This document shows positions 1-9,466 of a stretch of DNA of 64,000 nucleotides, piece after piece (the first letter of the stretch is position 1; each line of letters opens with the position of its first letter). The notes beneath the pieces were generated by a model. That model was not told the origin of the DNA, did not search any database, and saw only the letters and a program-made list of their open reading frames with translations. Source of the DNA: an uncultured Actinomycetes bacterium (lineage in GTDB: Bacteria; Actinomycetota; Thermoleophilia; Gaiellales; Gaiellaceae); NCBI GenBank assembly GCA_963746895.1, contig CAVVDI010000012.1, positions 28,600 through 92,599 on the forward strand, read 5' to 3'. The translations under genes and the position numbers were made by a program.

Positions 1-20
1 CCAGACGTCCCGCAGCGCGA

Positions 21-1094
21 TCACCGCATCGTCCTCGACGTGCGGAGGACGACCGCGAAGAACGGTGCGCCGAAGAACGCCGTGACGACGCCGATCGGCA
101 GCTCGGCCGGCGAGAGCACCGTCCGCGCCAGCACGTCCGTGAGGACGAGGAAGCCGGCGCCGACGACCAGCGAGAGCGGGACCACGGCGCGGTAGCTGGT
201 CGACACGAGCAGGCGAATCGTGTGCGGGACGATGATCCCCACGAACGCGATCAGGCCGCTGACCGCGACCGCGGCGGCGGTGCCGAGGGTCGCGACCGCC
301 ACGATCAGGAGCCGGGTGCGCGCGACGTCGACGCCGAGGCTCGCCGCCTCGTCGTCCCCGAGGCTGAGCACGTCGAGCACCCGACGGTGGAGGACGAGCA
401 CGAGCGAGCTGACCGCGATGTACGGCGCGGCCACGGCGACGTCGCTCCAGGTCGAGGTCGCGAAGCCGCCCAGCAGCCAGGCGTAGACGTTCTGGAGCAC
501 GTCGGTATGCCGCTGCTGGACGAACGTCTGCACGGCGGCGGTGAAGGTCGCGACGGTGACGCCGGCGAGGACGAGCGCGCCCGTCGTGCGGGCCGCGCCG
601 GCCGAGCGGCCGAGTGCGTAGGTGACGACGACCGCGGCCACGGCGCCCGTGAACGCCGCGAGCGGCACGATCGCGTCCGTACCGGTCGAGGCGACGCCGT
701 AGACGATCGCGAGCGTCGCGCCGAGCCCCGCGCCGCCCGCCACGCCGAGCAGGTACGGATCGGCGAGCGGGTTCCGGAAGACGCCCTGGTAGGCGGAGCC
801 CGACACCGCGAGCATGCCGCCGACGAGAGCCGCGAGCACCACCCGCGGCGCGCGCAGCTGCCAGAGCACCGCCTGCTCGACCGAGTCGAGGTGCGAGCGC
901 ACGTGCAGGAACGGCACGTAGGAGAGCGCCGACTCGGCGATGGAGCCGGCGCCGATCCCGATCGGGCCCACGGCGAGCCCGACGAGCAGGGCGCAGAGGA
1001 GGAAGGCCGCCGCCGCGAGCCCCCAGCGCAGACCGATCCCCCGGGCTTCGATGCGCGGGGCGGCCTCCGGTCTGACGACGTCGACGGCGGCCAT
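21..1094 (-). CDS. ABC importer permease, FecCD/BtuC family (cobalamin/iron-chelate type)
   Basis: 357-aa ORF with many hydrophobic segments. FecCD-type conserved blocks are present (LRAPRVVLAALVGGMLAVSGSAYQGVFRNPLADPYLLG; C-terminal GVVTAFFGAPFF). It starts 3 nt after the binding-protein gene. Confidence 0.9.
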   Translation of the reverse strand: MAAVDVVRPEAAPRIEARGIGLRWGLAAAAFLLCALLVGLAVGPIGIGAGSIAESALSYVPFLHVRSHLDSVEQAVLWQLRAPRVVLAALVGGMLAVSGSAYQGVFRNPLADPYLLGVAGGAGLGATLAIVYGVASTGTDAIVPLAAFTGAVAAVVVTYALGRSAGAARTTGALVLAGVTVATFTAAVQTFVQQRHTDVLQNVYAWLLGGFATSTWSDVAVAAPYIAVSSLVLVLHRRVLDVLSLGDDEAASLGVDVARTRLLIVAVATLGTAAAVAVSGLIAFVGIIVPHTIRLLVSTSYRAVVPLSLVVGAGFLVLTDVLARTVLSPAELPIGVVTAFFGAPFFAVVLRTSRTMR

Positions 1095-1097
1095 GCC

Positions 1098-1961
1098 CTA
1101 CTTCCGCCTCGCGATCGCGGCGACGGCGCGCGCGAACTGGACGACGCGCGGGCCCCAGCGCGAGGCGACGTCGTCGTCGACCGTGATCACGCGATGCTGC
1201 TCGACCGCGGCGAGCGTCCCCCACCCCGGCCGGGCCGCCACGGTCTTCGCGCTCTGGCCGCAGCACTTCGAGTCGGCGAGCACGACGATCGCCGGGTTCC
1301 GGGCGAGGATGTACTCCGCGGAGAGCTGCGGATACCCGGTGTGGGCGGTGTCGGCGGCGTCCGCGACGTTGCGGAACCCGAACAGCTTGTAGAGCCGGCC
1401 GATGAACGTCGCCGACGTGGCCGAGTAGTACGTCTGGTCGAGCTCGTGGTAGATGGTCAGATGCCGCCGCGACTTCGGGACGCTCTGGATCAGCTTCTTC
1501 AGCTGCACCTCCATCGAGTGGACGACCGTCGTCGCCTTCGCCTCGTGGCCGGTGAGGCGGCCGAGGTCGCGGATCTCCTCGTACGCCTGCGCGAGGTCGT
1601 CCGCGGCCGGCTCGTTCACGACCCGGATCCCGAGCGTCTCGAGCTGGGAGACGAAGGCGCCGCCGTAGGAGATCAGGACGAGGTCGGGGTGGTAGGCGAC
1701 GATCGCCTCGACGTTCGGCGTCAGGCCCGAGAGCGAGGTGCGCGGCGCCTGCTGCGGGTAGTTCGACTGCTCGTCGACCGCGACGACCTGCTTGCCGGCG
1801 CCGATCGCGAAGAGATCCTCGGTCAGCGTGGGCGAGAGCGAGACGATCCGGGACGGGACGGCGTGGGTGCGGCTCGGCCCGCGACGGGCGGCCGCGGAGA
1901 GCGACACGGCGACGAGAGCGACCACCAGGGCCGCGACGCCGATGAGGGAACGACGAAGCAC
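1098..1961 (-). CDS. ABC importer periplasmic substrate-binding protein (BtuF/FhuD-like, class 8)
   Basis: 287-aa ORF with an N-terminal hydrophobic anchor/signal (LIGVAALVVALVAVSLSAAA). This is followed by IVSLSPTLTEDLFAIGAGKQVVAVD, typical of cobalamin/siderophore binding proteins. A GGGAGGA Shine-Dalgarno lies just upstream of the GTG start, and a B12 riboswitch lies directly upstream. Confidence 0.85.
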   Translation of the reverse strand: MLRRSLIGVAALVVALVAVSLSAAARRGPSRTHAVPSRIVSLSPTLTEDLFAIGAGKQVVAVDEQSNYPQQAPRTSLSGLTPNVEAIVAYHPDLVLISYGGAFVSQLETLGIRVVNEPAADDLAQAYEEIRDLGRLTGHEAKATTVVHSMEVQLKKLIQSVPKSRRHLTIYHELDQTYYSATSATFIGRLYKLFGFRNVADAADTAHTGYPQLSAEYILARNPAIVVLADSKCCGQSAKTVAARPGWGTLAAVEQHRVITVDDDVASRWGPRVVQFARAVAAIARRK

Positions 1962-1984
1962 GAATCCTCCCTTCCGCGAGGGGT

Positions 1985-2150
1985 TCGATCTGGCGGCGGG
2001 CGGCAGGTCTTCTGACTCGGGGCTCCCTCCCCCGCCGCCTTCCCAGGCCTGCGGCCCAGTGGCGTCGTGGCGGAGAAGCGTCTCCCCTTACAGCGGCGGG
2101 ACCGTCCCGGAATCGCACCGGAGTTCCCTCACCGCTCGCCGATGTGTGGC
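1985..2150 (-). promoter_or_regulatory. Cobalamin (B12) riboswitch in the leader of the binding-protein/permease operon
   Basis: Minus-strand read: GGTGAGGGAACTCCGGTGCGATTCCGGGACGGTCCCGCCGCTGTAAGGGGAG...GCCACTGGGCCGCAGGCCTGGGAAGGCGG...GAGTCAGAAGACCTGCCGCC. It contains the conserved GGGAA/CCGGTG..ATTCCGG core, GCCACTG and a B12-box-like AGTCAGAAGACCTGCC. The ends are approximate. Confidence 0.8.
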
Positions 2151-2171
2151 GGGACACTAGCATCGTCGGCG

Positions 2172-2606
2172 GTGCCCGCACTCGCGCTCGAGCTCGACAC
2201 GGTTCTCGCCGACACGCGGCCGCTCTGGCGCGACTGGCTCGAGGACGCGGCGCGGCGGGCGCGGGTCGACCTCGAGGTTCCCGACGACAGGACGGAGGCG
2301 GCGGCGGCTCTCGACGAGCGGCTCGGCGACTGGCGGCCGCTGCTCGAGCGCTTCGCCTCCGACCGTGCGCCCGTGTACTTCCGCCCGCGCGCCGACACGA
2401 GCGCGATCCTCCGCCGGCTCTCCGCCGACGGAGTGCGGATCGGCGTCTTCACCGACGCGCCGCGGGAACTGGCCGACGTCGCGCTCGCCCATGTGGGCGC
2501 CGCGCGGCGCGTCGAGGTGCTCGGGACCCTGGACGAGGTGAGGGCGGCGCTCGGCGAGGATGCCCGGGTGATCCGCTCGCGCGAGCAGCTGGCCGACCTA
2601 AGATGA
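2172..2606 (+). CDS. HAD-superfamily hydrolase-like protein
   Basis: The tracked ORF 2067-2606 overlaps the riboswitch, so an in-frame GTG at 2172 is the more likely start. The fold assignment is weak and rests on a VRIGVFTDAPRELADVAL...RVEVLGT pattern resembling HAD motif III. Confidence 0.5.
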   Translation: MPALALELDTVLADTRPLWRDWLEDAARRARVDLEVPDDRTEAAAALDERLGDWRPLLERFASDRAPVYFRPRADTSAILRRLSADGVRIGVFTDAPRELADVALAHVGAARRVEVLGTLDEVRAALGEDARVIRSREQLADLR

Positions 2607-2610
2607 GCCG

Positions 2611-2829
2611 ATGGAGCGCGACCTCTCCGACCGCCGCTTCGACACCCTGCTCGAGCGGCTCGACCGGATCGGCGACGAGCTGGCGCGGGTCAACAAGCGG
2701 CTCGACAACGACGAGAACTTCCTGCGCCTGACCCGCGAGCTCACGACGCTGAACGAGTCGCTGCAGGCGCTCGCCTACGCGGCCCTCGGCCAGCAGGCGC
2801 CGAACGTGCGGCGCCGCCGCAGCCTCTGA
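2611..2829 (+). CDS. hypothetical small coiled-coil protein
   Basis: 72-aa ORF starting 5 nt after the preceding stop. It has GC3-rich codons and a heptad-like charged sequence (LLERLDRIGDELARVNKRLDNDENFLRL). No family recognised. Confidence 0.45.
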   Translation: MERDLSDRRFDTLLERLDRIGDELARVNKRLDNDENFLRLTRELTTLNESLQALAYAALGQQAPNVRRRRSL

Positions 2830-2879
2830 CGCCCGGCGCCGGGCGCCCGACGCGCCGTCGCGCGAGCGTCACAGCCGCG

Positions 2880-4335
2880 TCAGCCGGCCAGGCGCCAGAT
2901 GTCGAGCACGCCGCTCGTGGCATGGTCGTTGGCGTTCCCCTCGGGGAGCGCGACGCGGCCGTCGACCACGATCGGGCTGTTCCAGTGGCCGCCGCCGGCA
3001 TCGAGAGTCGCGACGAGCGTGCCCGTCGAGGGGAGGTAGACCCGCAGCCCGCCGCCGGGGCCGTAGACCCACAGCAGCCCGCCCGCGAGCACCGGGCTGG
3101 TCCCGCCGTTGCCGTTCCGCCAGACGCGGTGCAGCCGCCCGTTCCGCAGCGCCCACGCGGCCGTGCCGCCGTTGTCGGCCGCGATCATCCACGTGCGCGT
3201 CTTCGTCCGCCACACGGCCGGTGCCGTGAAGAGGTCGGCGCCGGACGGCGTCGAGACGACCTGCAGCTCGTGATCGCGATGCGCCGCCCTACCGCGGAGA
3301 CGCTGCAGCGAGAGGAGGCGGATCTTCCCGTCCTTCCCTCCCTGGGCGATCAGGTTCCTCGCCAGCAGCACGGGCGACGTCGAGCCGAGGTCGAGGTCGC
3401 TCGAGCTCAGCTCCTCCGTGTTCGAGGGCGTGTAGTTGCCGATCATGCGGCGCGCGTCGGGCGGGAGGAGAACGACGGCGTCGCCCCAGTCGGTGCGCCC
3501 GTTCCACGGCGCGTTCCCCGTCGCGACGAGCAGGTCGCCGCTGCCGGGCACGACCACCGCGCCGGCGCGGCCCCAGATCGCGGAGTCGCTCGACGGGCAC
3601 GAGTGGGGCGCGATCAGCGCGTGCCGGTTCGAGCAGAGCGAGTTCCAGACACGGAGCAGCTTCCCGTTCGTCGCGTCGAGGATCGCGACGTGACCCTGGT
3701 ACGGAGGCGCGTCGCCGATGTATCCGCCCGTCGTCGCGATCACGTGGCCGCGATCGAAGTTCAGGGAGGAGGCGATCTTCTCGCGCGACGGCAGCCTCGT
3801 GATCGAGCGGCGCCAGGCGGGGCGACCGCTCGCGACGGAGAGCTTCTGGATCCGCCCGTCGGGCGACGCGGCGTAGATCCAGGCGCGACCCGGATCGGCG
3901 ACCGGCGTCGCGGTCGTGATCTGCGCCGATCCCGCCCAGGACGAGTACCCGGGCGGCGTCCAGCGCCAGAGGATCGAGCCGTTCGCGGCGTCGATCGCGA
4001 GCGTGATCCCGTACGTCGTCGTGACGAAGAGGGCGTCGTGCCGGGCACCCTGCACCGTGACGTCGTGGAGGTAGATCGGGGACGAGTCGGCGGTGCCCGG
4101 GAGCTGCACCTGCTGGCGCTGCAGCGCGTCGAGGTCGCCGGCCGTGATCCCGGTGTCGATCTCGGCGTCGTTGCCGCGGCTCGCCTCCCAACCGAAGCGC
4201 GTCCAGTCCTCGCCGGCGACGAGCCTCTTCGCGGCGGCGCGGACATCCGAGGTCGCCGTCGTGCCGGCCGCGGCGCCGCCGCCCGCGCAGGCGGCGAGGG
4301 CGAGCGCGAACAGCGCGACCGCGATCCGACCTCAT
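2880..4335 (-). CDS. PQQ-like beta-propeller repeat lipoprotein (N-terminus displaced by a 1-nt insertion)
   Basis: The 409-aa tracked ORF has repeated WR/W..G beta-propeller-like blades (AIDAANGSILWRW, GRIQKLSVASGRPAWR, AILDATNGKLLRVW, LRNGRLHRVW). Upstream in the same frame, GRIAVALFALALAACAGGG is a lipobox signal peptide with no start codon. The ATG at 4335-4333 is one base out of frame, and ATG[A]GGTCGGATC would read MGRIAVALFALALAAC. Confidence 0.75.
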
Positions 4336-4352
4336 GGCGCGCGACTCCCCGC

Positions 4353-5015
4353 TCAGGAGCGGAGCAGCACCCGGCGTAGCTCGTCCTCCTTGCCGGGCTC
4401 GAGGATCGCGAGCACCTGGTCGCCCGCCTCGAGCGTCGTCGCGCCGACCGCGATCTCCGCCCTGCCGTCGCGCATCACGGAGATCAGGCGCGAGCCCTCG
4501 GGCAGGGCGAGGCCCTCGACGCGCTTGCCCGCCGAGGGCGAGTCGCGGTCGATCTGCACCTCGACGATCTCGAGGTTCTCGCGTCGCAGCTCGAGCAGGT
4601 GGATCAGATCGTGCTCCGGCACCTCGTGCTCGACGAGCGCCATGATGCGAGCGGTCGCGCAGACCGTCGGCGAGATCCCGAGCAGGTCGAAGTGGGCCTG
4701 GTTGCGCGGGTCGTTCACGCGCGCGATCACCTTCGACACCCCGTACTTCTCCTTGCCGATCTGGCAGATGACCATGTTGTCCTCGTCGTCGCCGGTCAGC
4801 GCGAGCAGGATGTCGGGCGGCCGCGCGATCCCGGCGCGCTCGAGGACGTACAGCTCGGTCGCGTCGCCGCGCTTCACCTGATGCTCGAACTCCTCCTCGA
4901 GCCGCTCGAAGGTGTCGCTGCGCTGCTCGATCAGCGTCAGCTCGTGGCCGAGGCGCAGCAGCGAGCGCGCGACGTTCGCGCCGACCTTGCCGCCGCCCGC
5001 GATGATCACGTACAT
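4353..5015 (-). CDS. trkA: Trk/Ktr-type K+ uptake regulatory protein TrkA (TrkA-N + TrkA-C)
   Basis: 220 aa. Rossmann motif IIAGGGKVG at the N-terminus and a C-terminal RCK-C-like segment (EVQIDRDSPSAGKRVEGLALPEGSRLISVMRDG...GDQVLAI). Confidence 0.9.
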   Translation of the reverse strand: MYVIIAGGGKVGANVARSLLRLGHELTLIEQRSDTFERLEEEFEHQVKRGDATELYVLERAGIARPPDILLALTGDDEDNMVICQIGKEKYGVSKVIARVNDPRNQAHFDLLGISPTVCATARIMALVEHEVPEHDLIHLLELRRENLEIVEVQIDRDSPSAGKRVEGLALPEGSRLISVMRDGRAEIAVGATTLEAGDQVLAILEPGKEDELRRVLLRS

Positions 5016-5444
5016 CTAGCTCGCCGCCTTCGACGCCGGGATCTCGCAGGCGCGCACCGCGTCGATCAGCGTCCCGATCGCGACGCTCGTCGGGCAGACG
5101 GTGCGCAGGCCGCGCTCGCGGTAGAAGCCCGCGCGGGCCGGGTCGAGCACGCGCACGACGACGCACTGGACGTCGAAGCGCTTCTGCGCGACCTGGCCGA
5201 TGACGATGTTGGTGTTGTCGCCGTCGGTCGCGACGACGACCGCGTCCGCCTCCTCGATGCCGGCGTCGCGGAGCAGGTCTGCGTCCATCCCGTGCCCGAC
5301 GAGGAAGCTCCCGGGCCAGTGGTCGCCCAGCCGGGAGAGCGCGTCCTCGTTCTCGTCGACCACGACGACGTCCCACCCCTCCTCGTCGAGCTGGAGGGCG
5401 ATCGAGGAGCCGACCCGGCCGCAACCGATGACGAGTGCCTTCAT
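5016..5444 (-). CDS. TrkA-N (RCK N-terminal, NAD-binding) domain protein
   Basis: 142 aa with VIGCGRVGSSIA Rossmann motif and no RCK-C domain. Its stop abuts the trkA start (5015/5016). Confidence 0.85.
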   Translation of the reverse strand: MKALVIGCGRVGSSIALQLDEEGWDVVVVDENEDALSRLGDHWPGSFLVGHGMDADLLRDAGIEEADAVVVATDGDNTNIVIGQVAQKRFDVQCVVVRVLDPARAGFYRERGLRTVCPTSVAIGTLIDAVRACEIPASKAAS

Positions 5445-5469
5445 GCCCGAGGCAGCGTAGCGCGGCCGG

Positions 5470-7359
5470 TCACGCCGATGTCTCCTCGAGCACGCCCTGG
5501 GGGAAGGCCACGATCAGCACCTCGGCGTTCGCCCGGCGCAGAACGTAGTCGACCGTCGGCGAGAAGAAGCGCGACTGGCGTCGCCAGCGCGGCGACGAGC
5601 CGAGCACGATCAGGTCGACGCCGCTCGCCGCCGCGGCCTCGACGATCGCGTCGCCGATGGCGCGCGCGCGGACGGTGCGCCCGTCGACGACGACCCCGTT
5701 GTCCGCTCCGAGCGCGACCGCCTCGGCGAGCGACGCAGCGGCCCGTTCCTCCTCCTCGAACAGATCGGCGTCGAGCGGCTGGTCGAGTGGGACGAGGATC
5801 ACGTGCAGCGCCTCGACGCCGCCGCCGCGCTCCTGTGCGAGCTTGACCGCGGTCGCGATCATCTCCTCTCCGATCTCGCCGAGCTTCATCGGCACGAGGA
5901 TCCGCGAGAACTCCGTCGCGGGCAGCACCTCGCCGGCGGCCGGCTCGACGTGCTCGAGCAGCCCGGCGCCGCTGCCGCGTCGGACGAGGAGGTAGACGAC
6001 GACGCCGCCGGCGAGCCACGCCGGCCCGCCGTAGCGGGCGCCGATGTGCGTGGACATCGCCGCGACGAACACGGCGATCGTCGCGGCGGCGCCGACGAGC
6101 GACGGAACCGGGATCACGGCGCCGCGCACCCGCACGCCGAGCGGGACGCGGAACGGGCGCTCGAGCTGCGGCTGCGTGATGCGGAGCCGGACGACGGCGA
6201 GCTGGGCGGCGGTGAACGCGAGCAGCACGCCGAAGCTGAAGAGGCTCGCGAGGAACGAGACCGGGTTGGTCAGGTACGAGGTCGTGAGCAGGAGCGCGAT
6301 CGCGATCACGACCGCGGCGATCACGGACTGCGGCGAGACGAGCGTCCGCCGGTGCAGCCGCCCGAAGCTGCGCGGCAGCTGGCCGTGCTCGCCCAGCGAG
6401 TGGGCGAGCCGTCCGAAGCCGGAGATCGAAGTGGTCGCCGCGGCGAGCAGGACGAGCGCTCCGGTGAGGCCGACGTACGTGCGCAGCGCGTCGGCGGAGC
6501 GCTGGGGGATGTGGCCCCGCAGCGCCGAGACGATGCCCATCAGCGGCGCCCGCTCCCAGCTCGTCCCGAGCGCCGTCGTGCCGCGCGGCGCCGGGTAGGC
6601 AGAGAGCGCGACGAGGGCGATCAGGACGGTGATCAGGACGACGCCGCCGATCGCGGTGAAGAGGCTGCGAGGGAGGTCGCGCCCCGGCTGGCGCGTCTCC
6701 TCCGCGAAGTTCGCGACCGTCTCCAGGCCCGTGTACGCCAGCATCCCGAGCGGCAGCGCGAAGGCGAGCTCGTGCCACGAGGGCTGGCGCCCGAGGTGGA
6801 GCCCGCGCGTGAGCGCCGAGCCGGAGAAGAGGAGGACGAAGCCGAAGCCGACGAGCACGAGCTGCGTCACGAGGTCGAGCAGCGGCACCACCACGCCGAA
6901 CGAGTAGAGGCGCGTGCGGTGGACGAGTCGCGAGGCGCCGATCGCCGCGATCACGACGCAGCCGAAGATCACGTCCCCCGGGCGGTGCGCGATCGACTTG
7001 ATCCCGACCGCGAGCCCGAGGTAGTGCGGGAGGAAGAGCGCCGAGAGAGCGATCACGATCAGGTAGTCGAGGAAGAGCGCCCAGCCCGTGAGGAAGCCGA
7101 GGAAGTCGTTGAACGCGACGCGGACGAAGGTCGCCGCACCGCCGGTCTCGGGAATCGACGTCGTCCCCTCGGCGTACGAGAGCGCGACGACCACGAAGAG
7201 CAGCCCGACCACGCCGAGCACGACGGGCGTGAAGCCGAGCGCGTGCAGGGCGACGATCCCGAGCGCGAAGTAGATCGAGGAGGCGATCTCCCCGTAGGCC
7301 ACCGACGCGAGCGCGGGCGCGTCGAGGACTCGTTGCAGCCGCGGGAGCTTGCGGGCCAT
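5470..7359 (-). CDS. APC-superfamily permease fused to a C-terminal universal stress protein (USP) domain
   Basis: 629 aa. N-terminal APC signature (LASVAYGEIASSIYFALG) and about 12 TM segments. The C-terminal roughly 150 aa is USP-like (ILVPMKLGEIGEEMIATAVKLA...VDLIVLGSSPRWRRQSRFFSPTVDYVLRRANAEVLIV). Confidence 0.85.
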   Translation of the reverse strand: MARKLPRLQRVLDAPALASVAYGEIASSIYFALGIVALHALGFTPVVLGVVGLLFVVVALSYAEGTTSIPETGGAATFVRVAFNDFLGFLTGWALFLDYLIVIALSALFLPHYLGLAVGIKSIAHRPGDVIFGCVVIAAIGASRLVHRTRLYSFGVVVPLLDLVTQLVLVGFGFVLLFSGSALTRGLHLGRQPSWHELAFALPLGMLAYTGLETVANFAEETRQPGRDLPRSLFTAIGGVVLITVLIALVALSAYPAPRGTTALGTSWERAPLMGIVSALRGHIPQRSADALRTYVGLTGALVLLAAATTSISGFGRLAHSLGEHGQLPRSFGRLHRRTLVSPQSVIAAVVIAIALLLTTSYLTNPVSFLASLFSFGVLLAFTAAQLAVVRLRITQPQLERPFRVPLGVRVRGAVIPVPSLVGAAATIAVFVAAMSTHIGARYGGPAWLAGGVVVYLLVRRGSGAGLLEHVEPAAGEVLPATEFSRILVPMKLGEIGEEMIATAVKLAQERGGGVEALHVILVPLDQPLDADLFEEEERAAASLAEAVALGADNGVVVDGRTVRARAIGDAIVEAAAASGVDLIVLGSSPRWRRQSRFFSPTVDYVLRRANAEVLIVAFPQGVLEETSA

Positions 7360-7371
7360 CGCGGCCGGACC

Positions 7372-7546
7372 CTACCGGCGGCGGAGCAGGTACAGGCGCC
7401 CGCAGCCGAGCAGCAGGAAGAGCGTCCCGAACAGGTAGCCGACCGAGCCGCCGCCGGCCCGCGCCGTCTCGGCGAGGATCGCGACGCCGAGCACGATCAG
7501 TGAGCACGCCGAACACGGCGACCGACCGCGTATACAGCGCCTTCAC
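7372..7546 (-). CDS. small two-TM membrane protein (needs removal of one base)
   Basis: GTG at 7546 overlaps the upstream stop (GTGA). It reads MKALYTRSVAVFGVL, then after one extra base (CTC[A]CTG, about 7501) LIVLGVAILAETARAGGGSVGYLFGTLFLLLGCGRLYLLRRR*. Length is 175 nt (3n+1). GC3 is high in the reconstructed frame. Confidence 0.45.
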
Positions 7547-9441
7547 ACGACCGCCTCGCTCGCGGCGGCGACCATCACCCGACACGGGGCGTGGCGAAGC
7601 ACGAAGTCGACCGTGTCGCCGAAGATCGGCCGCCGGCCCGAGCGCAGGCGCACCCGGCGCGGGCCGCCCATGACGATGATCTCCGACCCGCGGCGCGTCG
7701 CCTCGTCGACGATCGCCCGGCCGGCACTGCGGCTGCGCGCGATGCGGCCGATCACCCGGACGCCGTAGGTGTCGCCGATCGCCCGCGCCTCGTCGAGGTG
7801 ACGGTTCGCCTCCTCCACCAGCTCGGGCAGATACGCGTCGAGCGGCGCCTCGAGCGGCACCTCGACGGCGGTGACGGCCACGATCGAGGCTCGTCGCTCG
7901 GTCGCGAGCCTGCAGGCGAGGTCCATCGCCTCGCCCGACGGGTAGCCCGGCGCGACCGGGACGAGGATGTTGCGGTACTCGAGGGCCGCGGCCGGGCCGA
8001 TCACGACCGGGGCGCGAGCCGTCTCGCGGAGGGGCAGCTTCACGACGCGCCGGCGGTAGCCGAAGTAGATCGCGAAGCCGATCGCGAGCCACGCGAGGCC
8101 CGCGTAGCGCGTCCCCGGGCTCTGGATGACGACGACGAGCCACGCGAGCGCGGTCGCGATCCCGCCGAAGACGGCGAAGATCGGCCAGCTGACGCCGCGG
8201 AACCGCAGGTTCGGCCTCGCCGTGAACGCGAGCTCCTCGTTGGGGTAGCGCCGCCGCAGCTGGATCACGGAGGCGTGCGCGACCGTGAACGAGAGCATCG
8301 CGCCGAACGAGTACATCGTCCCGAGGAAGGCGGTCCGGCCCGGCAGCAGCACGATGATCGAGACGAGGCCGGCGAAGACGATCAGCGACAGCCAGGGCGT
8401 CTTGAAGCGCGGGTGCAGGCGGCGGAAGACCTCGGGCAGCTGCCGGTACGACGCCATCGAGTACGTGATCCGCGAGGCGCCGATGATCCCGGCGTTCGTC
8501 GCGATGAAGAGGATGGTCGCGGCGAGGATGCCGACGTAGACCTTGAGCGAGGAGAGCAGCGTCCCCGAGATGCCGAGGTTCTCGACCACCCCGAGCACGG
8601 GGTCGTTCTGGAAGCCGCCCTTCTCCGGCGTCAGCGCGAGCAGCGTCGTCTGGTGGCCGCCGATCAGATGCACGGGCAGCGCCGAGAGCGCGATCATCGG
8701 CAGCGTGAAGTAGATCGCGAAGACCGCGACCGCGACGTACGAGATCGAGCGCGGGATGCTCCGCACCGGGTCGCGCGCCTCCTCCGCGAGGTTGGAGACG
8801 GTCTCGATCCCGGTGTAGGCGATCATCCCGACCGGGATCGCGAGGAAGAACTGGCCCCACGTCGGCGCCGACCCGAAGTGGACGTTGTGGGCGAGCGTCG
8901 ACGGGCTGAAGATGAGGACGAAACCGAGCAGGACGAGCAGCAGCTGCGTCGCGAAGTCGACCAGCGCGAGGACGATGTTCAGCTTCGCCGACTCCTGGAT
9001 GCCGACGACGTTGAGCGCGACGAGCACGACGATCACCGCGGCGCCGCCGATGATGTCCCACGGGTTCTGCCTCAGCGGCGCCCAGAAGATCGAGAGGTAG
9101 TGCGGCACGAAGAACGCCGAGATGGCGATCGTGATGATGTAGTTCAGCATCTGCGCCCAGGCGGCCCCGAACGAGACGAGCTCGTTGAAGGCGTGGCGCG
9201 CGAAGCTCGAGGAGCCGCCGGCCTCGGGGTAGCGGACGGTGCCCTCCGCGTAGGTGGCCGCGGTCGCCGCGAAGAAGATGCCGGCGATCACGAAGACGAG
9301 CGGCGTCAGCCCGAGCGCGTAGACGGCGGTGACGCCGAGCGCGTAGTAGATCGAGGAGCCGACGTTCCCGTAGGCGGTTGCGAAGAGCGCGTTCGCGCCG
9401 AGGACGCGCTCCAGCTCCTGCTGCTTCCGCCGCCTCGCCAC
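7543..9441 (-). CDS. APC-superfamily permease fused to a C-terminal USP domain (paralog of 5470-7359)
   Basis: 632 aa with the same architecture as its neighbour (LFATAYGNVGSSIYYALG...; C-terminal ILVPVAPGYPSGEAMDLACRLA...IIVMGGPRRVRLRSGRRPIFGDTVDFVLRHAPCRVMV). Confidence 0.85.
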   Translation of the reverse strand: MARRRKQQELERVLGANALFATAYGNVGSSIYYALGVTAVYALGLTPLVFVIAGIFFAATAATYAEGTVRYPEAGGSSSFARHAFNELVSFGAAWAQMLNYIITIAISAFFVPHYLSIFWAPLRQNPWDIIGGAAVIVVLVALNVVGIQESAKLNIVLALVDFATQLLLVLLGFVLIFSPSTLAHNVHFGSAPTWGQFFLAIPVGMIAYTGIETVSNLAEEARDPVRSIPRSISYVAVAVFAIYFTLPMIALSALPVHLIGGHQTTLLALTPEKGGFQNDPVLGVVENLGISGTLLSSLKVYVGILAATILFIATNAGIIGASRITYSMASYRQLPEVFRRLHPRFKTPWLSLIVFAGLVSIIVLLPGRTAFLGTMYSFGAMLSFTVAHASVIQLRRRYPNEELAFTARPNLRFRGVSWPIFAVFGGIATALAWLVVVIQSPGTRYAGLAWLAIGFAIYFGYRRRVVKLPLRETARAPVVIGPAAALEYRNILVPVAPGYPSGEAMDLACRLATERRASIVAVTAVEVPLEAPLDAYLPELVEEANRHLDEARAIGDTYGVRVIGRIARSRSAGRAIVDEATRRGSEIIVMGGPRRVRLRSGRRPIFGDTVDFVLRHAPCRVMVAAASEAVV

Positions 9442-9466
9442 GCGAGGACTGTAGTGCGCAGGCTGG

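Noticed and set aside
1-24. The start of the ABC transporter ATPase gene (GTG at 24-22 overlapping the permease stop, reading VIALRDVW...).
   Set aside because: Only 8 codons lie inside the window, so it cannot be supported.
222-2015. Long ORFs antisense to conserved genes. Examples are 222-2015, 2922-4379, 5803-7503, 7591-9534, 9699-11816, 14212-17505, 17548-19614, 27346-30135, 34665-36992, 43692-44780, 44793-46664, 50376-52259 and 56357-57775.
   Set aside because: Their translations are Arg/Asp/Gly/Pro/Ala-rich low-complexity strings. They lie opposite clearly conserved proteins. Stop-codon scarcity in a very GC-rich genome explains them.
3289-5424. Very long same-strand off-frame or read-through ORFs. 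Examples are 3289-5424, 5441-9061, the first ~900 codons of 12395-15793, 17513-19366, 21235-22362, 24209-26572 upstream part, 26660-28693 upstream part, 29104-31104 upstream part, 31146-32450 upstream part, 43285-45432, 50178-54260 upstream part and 58812-60086.
   Set aside because: Only the C-terminal segments match known families (kdpE, rex, tsaD, tsaE, uvrB and others). The upstream parts overlap other real genes out of frame and are Arg/Pro/Gly-rich.
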